Below, one piece after another: positions 54,123 through 62,400 of a stretch of 64,000 nucleotides of DNA (its first letter is position 1; each line of letters begins with the position of its first letter). Source of the stretch: a virus; the IMG/VR virus record IMGVR_UViG_3300040771_000047, positions 593 through 64,592 of that record; one strand, 5' to 3'. The notes beneath the pieces were generated by a model, which had not been told where the DNA came from, made no database searches, and worked only from the letters and a program-made list of their open reading frames with translations. The position numbers and the translations under genes are program-made.

Positions 54123-55617
54123 TATAAGACAACAAGCTGTTTATGACACTTGGCAGAACACAGATGCAAATATCTTAGTACAAGCTGTCGCAGGTGGTGC
54201 AAAAACTACTACATTAATGGGAGTATTGGCTTTGTGTGAATTTAGAACTTTGTTTTTAGCTTTCAATAAATCTATCCAAGAAGAAATTGGTGGTAGAATT
54301 GAAGCTAATCCAGCTCTAAAGCACGCGAAGTCTATGACTCTGCATTCATTAGGTTTATCTGCTATAAAATATAAGTATGGAAGGTTTACTCTAAACAAGA
54401 GTAAAAACTACCTGATAATTAAACATTTACAAACTTATAATAGAGCTTTATTTAATGGTATGTCTTGGGAAGAAAAGACTAAAACTACACTTACTTTAAT
54501 GGAGATGAATGATGTTAGTAGATTGTTTCTAACTGAAGACATTACTATAATTACAGGTTTCATGTCAACTATGGATAAGTTTTTCTACATTCATCCTAAC
54601 ATGGATGATTTATGGAAAGAGTTCTTATTTATTAGAGAACAGTTCACTGCAGACCTAATGATAGATTATATTGATATGATTTACATTCCGGTAAGCCAGA
54701 ATTTGTTTATCCCCATTCAGCCTTATTATCTAATGATTGATGAAGCTCAAGACTTAAACTTGGTTCAACATAAGATGATTAACAATCTTATAGACCAGGG
54801 AGACATTAAAAAGTGGATAGCAGTAGGGGATAGAAGACAATCTATCTATGGTTTTAGTGGTAGTTATGCATCTTCCTTTGATTTGTTTAAACAGAAAGAA
54901 AATGTATATGAATTACCTCTTGATGTTTGTTATAGATGCCCTGTGGACATCATAGCAGAAGCTAATATGATTTATGATGTCATAGAACCTTTTAAAACTT
55001 ATGAGGGCATAGTGAAGACTATTACAGATTATAAACTAATCCAAGATTCTTCTATGGTTATCTGTAGAAATTCAGGACCCTTGTTAGACCTGTATTTCCA
55101 ATTACTTAGCCAAAACAAGAAAGTATTCATAAAAGGAGAAGATATTTTAAATGGAGTAATTAGATTTTTAAGACCTTACCAATATAAAACTGTAAGAGAA
55201 GCTCATAAAAAGATTAACTTTGAGATACTGGAAATCCAGGAATTAGAGGTTAAGACAGATGAGTTAAGATTTAAGTTGTATAAACTAAAGGATAATCTTA
55301 AAAATTTTATACTTTTGTCTAAGCATTATTGCAAGCCTAACGATAAGGTAGGTGTAATCATTTTAGAGCTAGATTCTATGTTTAAATCTATAGATGATAG
55401 TACAGCAATTACACTTTGTACTATTCATAAATCTAAAGGACTTGAAGCTAATATAGTCTATATTCTTAATGAGTTTTTAATACCTTCTAAATTTGCTAAG
55501 TCACCTATGCAGTTAGAGCAAGAAAGAAATCTAAAATATGTAGCTAGAACTAGAGCCAAAGAAGAGCTTTATTATCTAAACATTAAAAATGAAAAAGATG
55601 AATCAGAAGAAGTTTAA
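54112..55617 (+). CDS. UvrD/Rep-like SF1A helicase
   Basis: AVAGGAKTT, LAFNK, IDEAQD, GDRRQSIYGFSG, TIHKSKGLEA, YVARTRA. Confidence 0.9.
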   Translation: MTPSIRQQAVYDTWQNTDANILVQAVAGGAKTTTLMGVLALCEFRTLFLAFNKSIQEEIGGRIEANPALKHAKSMTLHSLGLSAIKYKYGRFTLNKSKNYLIIKHLQTYNRALFNGMSWEEKTKTTLTLMEMNDVSRLFLTEDITIITGFMSTMDKFFYIHPNMDDLWKEFLFIREQFTADLMIDYIDMIYIPVSQNLFIPIQPYYLMIDEAQDLNLVQHKMINNLIDQGDIKKWIAVGDRRQSIYGFSGSYASSFDLFKQKENVYELPLDVCYRCPVDIIAEANMIYDVIEPFKTYEGIVKTITDYKLIQDSSMVICRNSGPLLDLYFQLLSQNKKVFIKGEDILNGVIRFLRPYQYKTVREAHKKINFEILEIQELEVKTDELRFKLYKLKDNLKNFILLSKHYCKPNDKVGVIILELDSMFKSIDDSTAITLCTIHKSKGLEANIVYILNEFLIPSKFAKSPMQLEQERNLKYVARTRAKEELYYLNIKNEKDESEEV

Positions 55618-56101
55618 ATTCCCTAAAGAATCTTGGAATAAATGGAAAGAAGCTTTATTAAGTGGAGAATACGCGCAAGGTGAAGGGTACTTAGTTTCTT
55701 ATAAACCAGACTATGAGAAAGATAAATATGAAGAATATGAAAATTCAATTGAATTTTCAACACAAACTTGTAATTTCTGTTGTTTAGGTGTAATGGCAGC
55801 TTGTCAAGATGTACCTTTAAGTAACTTATTTGCTGTGGAATATCTTTATGCAAACAAAAATTATGAAGTTCCATCAGAGCTAGTTTCTGAGTCAACTGGA
55901 ACTTTATCTCATACGGCTTTAGTTGAAATACTTTCAAGTTTAAATGATGGATTTTCTAGAAATACGTTTATAAATGATTTTAAGAAATTAGACTACGTTT
56001 TTAGAATAGATTTATTACAATATTTTGAGTATAATCAAGAACTTAAATTTAACTTTGTACAAATAGTAGAGTTTATAGAGGACAATACTGAATTTTACTA
56101 A
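55589..56101 (+). CDS. Hypothetical protein
   Basis: WKEALLSGEYAQG.G.L...FCCLGV pattern, a recurrent phage family. Confidence 0.6.
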   Translation: MKKMNQKKFKFPKESWNKWKEALLSGEYAQGEGYLVSYKPDYEKDKYEEYENSIEFSTQTCNFCCLGVMAACQDVPLSNLFAVEYLYANKNYEVPSELVSESTGTLSHTALVEILSSLNDGFSRNTFINDFKKLDYVFRIDLLQYFEYNQELKFNFVQIVEFIEDNTEFY

Positions 56102-56102
56102 T

Positions 56103-56597
56103 ATGGAAGAAAGAGTGATTACCATTTCAATGCCTTTACCTACTCATATAGCTTGTACTGACAATGTTAAAGCTAAGAATAGCTACTGGAAGATAAATAA
56201 TCAAGCTATATATAATGGTTCTGTTAATACATTTAAGAGAGCCATTATAGTAGCTAACATGCATCATTTTGTAATCAACAGTCTAGATGATTCCATATTA
56301 AACCTTAACCTGGAAAAGCTTATAAGAGTAGAATATCAGTTTTACACTGTTATCAATCATGGAGATATTTCTAGAAGGTCAGGTAAGACATGTTGGAAAC
56401 CACCTATAGAAGACTACAAAATAACTTGGGATTTAAATAATCTCTCTGATATTTGGATAAAAACAGGTAATGATGCACTAACTGAAGCTAAAGTAATAGC
56501 GGATGATAATGCAGGAGTAATTAGAAAAACATCTTATGAGCTTATTCTTGTAGACCATATAGATGATTTAGAATTAGTAATTAACATAATTTATTAG
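56103..56597 (+). CDS. RusA-like endonuclease
   Basis: WDLNNL...K...DAL.....I.DDN matches RusA catalytic spacing. Confidence 0.6.
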   Translation: MEERVITISMPLPTHIACTDNVKAKNSYWKINNQAIYNGSVNTFKRAIIVANMHHFVINSLDDSILNLNLEKLIRVEYQFYTVINHGDISRRSGKTCWKPPIEDYKITWDLNNLSDIWIKTGNDALTEAKVIADDNAGVIRKTSYELILVDHIDDLELVINIIY

Positions 56598-56599
56598 AA

Positions 56600-56797
56600 A
56601 TGACAGATATAACTGTAAAAGAAAAAGTAGAAGGATTAAGAATAATGCTTCTAGCAATACAAGAAGGAGTTAAAGACATTCAAAAACATGGTGTTGAACT
56701 AGAGTTTAAAATAGCTAGTGAATATAAAACTGTTGATGTAAAGTCTAAAGGTATTTTTGAAATATCAGTAAAAGCAACAATTAACCAAGAACTATAA
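56600..56797 (+). CDS. Hypothetical protein
   Basis: 65 aa, coupled to thyX. Confidence 0.5.
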   Translation: MTDITVKEKVEGLRIMLLAIQEGVKDIQKHGVELEFKIASEYKTVDVKSKGIFEISVKATINQEL

Positions 56798-57444
56798 TGA
56801 GTCAAGTAACATTGAAATCAATTACTCCGCAAATAGAACAAAATATTGTGGAAATAGCTAGAGTAAGTTCTAGTAGAGAAAATAAGTCTGAGCAAGTTGA
56901 AGGACTTATTAATTATTTAATTAAGCACAAACATTGGAGTCCTTTTGAGCATGGTTTTATGACTTTAGAAATTAAAACTTCTAAAGCAATTGGGATACAA
57001 CTTATTAGGCACAGAAGTTTTACTTTTCAAGAGTTCAGTCAAAGATATGCCAAAGTTACCGCTATGGAACCTATAGAACTTAGAGCAGAAGACCCTGTAA
57101 ACAGACAAAGTAGTACGGAAGTTTTTGACCCTAAAATAACAGAAAACTATGGTTTAGCAATAGCTAGAAACGCTTCAGAATCTATAGAAATGTACCTCAA
57201 ACAAGGTATTGAACTATACAATAAACTATTGGAAGTAGGTGTAGCCAAGGAGTGTGCTAGAATGATTCTTCCATTAACAACTGAAACTACTATCTATATG
57301 ACTGGTTCTATTAGAAGTTGGATTCACTTGATAATGATTAGAGACGATAGCCATGCTCAAAAAGAGATTCAGATTATAGCTAGAGAAATGAAAAGCATCT
57401 TTAAACAAGAATTGCCTTTAATTTCTAAAGCATTAGGATACTAA
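56797..57444 (+). CDS. thyX: Flavin-dependent thymidylate synthase
   Basis: HWSPFEH, QLIRHRSFTFQEFSQRY (RHRx7S), ECARMILP, HAQKEI. Confidence 0.95.
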   Translation: MSQVTLKSITPQIEQNIVEIARVSSSRENKSEQVEGLINYLIKHKHWSPFEHGFMTLEIKTSKAIGIQLIRHRSFTFQEFSQRYAKVTAMEPIELRAEDPVNRQSSTEVFDPKITENYGLAIARNASESIEMYLKQGIELYNKLLEVGVAKECARMILPLTTETTIYMTGSIRSWIHLIMIRDDSHAQKEIQIIAREMKSIFKQELPLISKALGY

Positions 57445-57472
57445 TTCATTAACTTTGTAAAAAATTAAAATT

Positions 57473-57796
57473 ATGAGAGTAATAGGTACAATGGTTCTTA
57501 TAGAACAAACAATGACTAAGAAAACGTCAGCAATTATTATGACAGATGGAAACAAAGAACAATCTTTTGACACTAAGTTCAAGATTGTTGGATTAGGAGG
57601 AAAATGTCCTAATGAAAGAGAAGATACTTACGAAGGTATAAAGGTTGGTGATGAACCTATATTTTCTACTCATGTAGTTTTTCATGGTGCCAAAAGAATA
57701 TCTGAGGTTAAAGCTAAGAATGGTAGAGATGTTGAAAGTGCTGTTATACACACTATGGTAGACTATGCTGACATTATTGCTATAGAAAACGATTAA
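57473..57796 (+). CDS. GroES-like co-chaperonin
   Basis: MRVIGTMVLIE, KIVGLG, IKVGD, DIIAIE pattern; 107 aa. Confidence 0.65.
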   Translation: MRVIGTMVLIEQTMTKKTSAIIMTDGNKEQSFDTKFKIVGLGGKCPNEREDTYEGIKVGDEPIFSTHVVFHGAKRISEVKAKNGRDVESAVIHTMVDYADIIAIEND

Positions 57797-58398
57797 TGAA
57801 AATTAAAAAACTAATCCACAAATCAAAATTGAATATGGAAAAGATTACAGATATAGCAGTATATCAACAACTTGCAAGTAGGACTTGTGTAGATTTAGGT
57901 TCAGAAGAATTAAACACTAGACACATGCAAATGGGTGTAATTACTGAAGTAGGTGAAACTCTTGATGTAATTAAGAAATTTGTAGCTTATGGTAAACCTC
58001 TTGATATTGTTAATATTGGAGAAGAAATAGCTGATACCATTTGGTACAGAGCTAATGAAGCTAAAATGGGAGGAGTAGCGTGGACACAATCAGATTTAGA
58101 TATTTTCTGTGGACAAATTGATGCTCAAATTCTTGAAAGTGGTTTTAAAGTTACTGCAGATACTGTAGATGCTTTTATAGTTAGTATTTTACCTTATTCT
58201 TACGGTAGTTCTGAAGCAGATAACGCTCTTAAAGATGTAGCTATTCTTAATGTAGTTGCTACTTTTTATGGACTTGATTTATTTCAACTTCTTACTAACA
58301 ATATTAATAAGTTGCGAATAAGGTATCCTGAAAAATTTACTAATGAAGCAGCTCTTAACAGAGACTTAACTGCTGAAAGAGTTGAATTAGAAAAGTAA
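57796..58398 (+). CDS. MazG-like nucleotide pyrophosphohydrolase
   Basis: MGVITEVGETLDVIKK, EEIADTIWY, NINKLRIRYP; alternative start 57835. Confidence 0.85.
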   Translation: MKIKKLIHKSKLNMEKITDIAVYQQLASRTCVDLGSEELNTRHMQMGVITEVGETLDVIKKFVAYGKPLDIVNIGEEIADTIWYRANEAKMGGVAWTQSDLDIFCGQIDAQILESGFKVTADTVDAFIVSILPYSYGSSEADNALKDVAILNVVATFYGLDLFQLLTNNINKLRIRYPEKFTNEAALNRDLTAERVELEK

Positions 58399-58407
58399 AA
58401 TAAATAA

Positions 58408-58442
58408 ATATAGCGAGAATATAAAAAGTTCTCGCTATTTTT
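58408..58442 (+). terminator. Intrinsic terminator
   Basis: TAGCGAGAAT/GTTCTCGCTA stem then TTTTT. Confidence 0.7.
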
Positions 58443-58461
58443 ATGCCTTAAAACTAACACT

Positions 58462-59214
58462 ATGGCTAGATCAGCAAATTATTGGGATAATTTTAATTTT
58501 AAAAGAGCATTTACAAATGTACTTATCATTTTGTGTTTGCTGCTTTTATGGAGTAATTGTGAAAAAAGTAGTAAGATTAGTCAAATTAACAGCCTTAATT
58601 CTAGTTTGTCAGACACTGCTACATTCTGGAAAACTAAAGAAGGTTTTCATAAAGCTAGGATTACAGTATTGGAAGCAAACACTGCAAGGGATTTTATAAA
58701 CTTATCTACTAAAGATACTACTATAATTAAACTACAGAAACTTGTAAATAACAATAAACAATTTATTAAAAAACAAGGTAGCATTACTGTAATAGAAAGT
58801 GAGACTAAAATAAAGACCTCAGTTGCAAATATTGTGAACGATAACACTAAAGTATACCCTGATGGAAAATCTCCTATATACACCTCTCAAATTAAGTTAG
58901 GTAAATGGGTTACAGGTTCAACAATAGCTACTAGAGACAGTACTGTTATTGATATTTCATTTAGAGAAGAGATGGATTTTGTTATTGGAAGAAAGAAGAC
59001 TGGATTCCTAGGACTTGGTAAGGGGCAACCTTTTGTAGAAGCTACTCTTCATAATCCATACAGTGAAATTAAAGTGATTAGATCATATCAACCCAAAGCT
59101 CCTGCAAACAAAAAGTATCACATAGGCCCAACCTTAACGTACGGGATAGGTCAGAACCTTCAACCTGGAGTCTATATAGGTATAGGCGTTACTTGGGGCG
59201 TTATAAATTTTTAA
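58462..59214 (+). CDS. Envelope protein, spanin-like candidate
   Basis: N-terminal hydrophobic helix ending LLLWSNC (lipobox-like), coiled region, amphipathic beta-rich C-terminus ending in F. Confidence 0.45.
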   Translation: MARSANYWDNFNFKRAFTNVLIILCLLLLWSNCEKSSKISQINSLNSSLSDTATFWKTKEGFHKARITVLEANTARDFINLSTKDTTIIKLQKLVNNNKQFIKKQGSITVIESETKIKTSVANIVNDNTKVYPDGKSPIYTSQIKLGKWVTGSTIATRDSTVIDISFREEMDFVIGRKKTGFLGLGKGQPFVEATLHNPYSEIKVIRSYQPKAPANKKYHIGPTLTYGIGQNLQPGVYIGIGVTWGVINF

Positions 59215-59215
59215 T

Positions 59216-59404
59216 ATGGATGAAAATGAAGTAATATGGTGTTATTCTCTAATAGATAATGATGTGATTTTTATTTTTAGAGATAGAGGTAAAGAAATTA
59301 GAATTGATTTAAAAGATAGTAACAATAAAATTGTTAAAACAATGAATTGGTTAAGACCAGAAGAGACTGAACTTATAGTTAAATTAAAAGCAGAAGTGGT
59401 ATAG
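59216..59404 (+). CDS. Hypothetical protein
   Basis: 62 aa, last gene of the plus-strand block. Confidence 0.5.
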   Translation: MDENEVIWCYSLIDNDVIFIFRDRGKEIRIDLKDSNNKIVKTMNWLRPEETELIVKLKAEVV

Positions 59405-59426
59405 GCCTCACTTCTGCTTTCTTTTT
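59387..59426. terminator. Terminator at convergent junction
   Basis: AAAGCAGAAGTG/CACTTCTGCTTT 12-bp stem with T-run on plus, between convergent gene blocks. Confidence 0.65.
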
Positions 59427-59440
59427 ACCTCACTTTAACT

Positions 59441-62400
59441 TTAATTTTTTATTTCTTTTTGTTCTTTATCATAATCATCTCTTTCCGGTATAATAAGTTT
59501 AAGTTCTTCTAGTGTTTCAGGGTAGTTAGCTACATCATTAAGAATCCTTATTGCTTCACTATTAACTTCTTCTGCAGTAGCTTCTGGAAATTCTTTTCTT
59601 AAAGATTCTCTAGTATCTTCTAAAAACTCTTTTCTAACTCTCACTGCTTCTTCCTTGTCATTTTTAAAGTCTGAATTAAACCATCTGTCTATTTTAGAGT
59701 CAGTGTCATATTCTTTTCTAGTTATACTTTCTAGACCTCCATTATAGTCATCTTGACCATAGTTTCTGATAATCATCGGTAACTGTTTTCTTGCAGCATT
59801 CCCTAGCTTAGACTCACCTGCATTATCTCCTGATTTAATTGTATCATCAGCACTAGCAATATCTACACTCAACTTTACTAATCTGTCTGCAAAACTAGAT
59901 ACACCATTATTCTGTATAATTGCTTTGTACATACTAGTAGGGTCATCTGCAAAGTTAAGTTCAGAATAAAGATTACTTAAAAGATTACCTACTGCATTGT
60001 GTAAGGCTTTCATAGTTGAACCTTCTTCTTCTGCTGCTTTTTGTGCTAAGTATCTTTTGTTTTGAACAGAACCTTTAGCACCTTTATTTTCATCTTCTTC
60101 ATCATCTCCTCTAAGAGACATTGCTGCCATACTCATCATTACAAGTAAAATATTAAACTGAGCAGATTTAGTCAGTAACTGTAGATTAGCAAAATCTTTT
60201 CTATCTTGTTCTGAAGTAGCTGATTCTTGTAAACTTGTCTTCATAATAGGTATAAAATTCTTTTGCATAGCTATAGCAGTTAAGAAATTTATTCCTGTGG
60301 TAGCAGTACCCAAAGTTAAACTTTGAGCTATGTATTTTGCTTGATTCCAATGTTGATTATTTACAGAAGTTAATGGGCCGGTTCCTTTATCTTTTGCCAT
60401 TTTATATAATGCTGCTCCGGCTATAGCTACTGGTATAATTAATCCCATACCTCCAGCATAAGTAGAAGTAGCAAGAATAGCTAGTAAAGCTTTAGAACCA
60501 TGTATACCCATTGCTGCAGTAGAAGTTTTAGGTTTTAATAAGGGACCTAAATAAAAACCATCATGTGTCTCTCCTGTAGATAAACTTTTTTGATTGTAAG
60601 CAAACCTATCATACAAATAATTAGGTAACCAAGTCTTATACTGACTCATAGGTTTACCAATTACTTTTTGTTTAAATCTTATACTTCCTTCTTGAGAATA
60701 GTCACCGTTTAAAGAAGCTAGTATAGACTTATTCCCTTGCTTCCAATTTATCATATCAGGAGAAGAAAACTTTTCAAAATTCTCAATATTACTCGGACTG
60801 CTCCACTCTTGTTTTAGCTTTAATTTACCCTCTACAATTTCATGTGCTTGAAATTCTGTACCATTAAACAAAGGCACTGTATAAGGACTTCCATCTGCAT
60901 TTGTACGCGTAGGATGTTGCACCAATATGTCCATAGCTCTTGCTATTAAAGAAACAGATTGATTTGTCCATTCTACTTTTTTAGTAAGATACATTCCATC
61001 AGTAAATAAATTACCAGCTTGCATTAGCTTAGAATTATTTTCACTCTTTTGTATTTCAGTAGTTTGATTTTCAATAGCTCTCAAACTTTCAATAAACAAT
61101 ACAGTCTTTTTCCACTCTTCATCATGCTTCTTACTTATTCTTCCTTTTAATCTTCCAAGTATAATATGATGAATCACTTTTCCTGCAGTACCTTCTGTCC
61201 AGAAGCCTTCAATACCATCTCTCATCATTAAACTTTGCATACCATTGAGGAAGTTCTTAAATGGTGCCACAGGATTATAAAAAAGTCCTGCTATCATTCC
61301 ACCCTTTACTACTACAGCTTGTACAAAAGCTGCTCCTGTGTAGTCTCTACCAAGTCTTTCTACAGTACCTTCTAATTTCTTTTTCTCAGTTAAAAGTTTT
61401 TCAATTAAGGTTCCATTACTTGTAGTAAGAAGTTGTCTTTCAATGTTATCTACTCTTTTGGTTGCTATTTCATAAATTTGCCTTTCTTGTGGAGTCAAGT
61501 TTTTATAAAAGAATTTTCTAACTATAACTTTAAATTTAACATAGTCAGTGGCTCCTTCTTTATTTCCTTTTAAAGCCTTACTAATGTTTGCAAATTCTTC
61601 ATTTACATTCTCATTCTGAACAAGTTTTTTTACAAAAGCATCTCTTTTCTTATTTCTATTTTCATTGGCTTTACCCCCTTCATCATTTTTAGCTATTCTA
61701 TTTTTAATAACATCTACACTAGCTTTTGTGTTTACTCTTGCTCTGTGTTCAGATGCTACTTCTAAGTGAGCTTTAAGTGTAGTAGGCAAATCTAAAGTTT
61801 GCTCTGCCATTATCTTTTCCTGAGATATCACCTTTAAATCAGATACAAGAAAAGTTCCTTGTGGTGCAATGTCATCAATATTTTCTCTACCTAAAAGCTC
61901 TAAAATACCATTTCTTTTTCCTGAGGAAAGTGCTAAAAAGTTGATTTTACTATTATCATTTAAATTGACATCTAGTATGTTTTTAAGAGCAGTTTTTGTA
62001 ATGTTGTAGTCACTAATTACCATCTTATCAAAACTTCTAATCTGACCCCCTAGTTGTACACTTCTGTCACTATCTTCTGCAAACCTTTGACTTTCACTAA
62101 GCTCATTCTTTATTAGTTGCTTCACATTTAAAAGTTGAGCAAGACCATACTTAGCTATTTCCCACCAAGTCTTATCTATAAGAGCTTCTCTAAAGTTCTT
62201 TCTTCTATGTAGTAAAGAAAGGGGGTCCAAGTCTAGCTTAGAACCTACTACTCTATTATTAGTAGCTACAACTGAAGCTGTGTAGGCTTCTAGCATTCTT
62301 AAAAGAATAGGGTTGTTCTCTATTTGCTCATAATCTTTATCATAAAATTCACTCTGACTACCATTGGAATAGACACTTCTTGGAATATATGTGTTGTATT

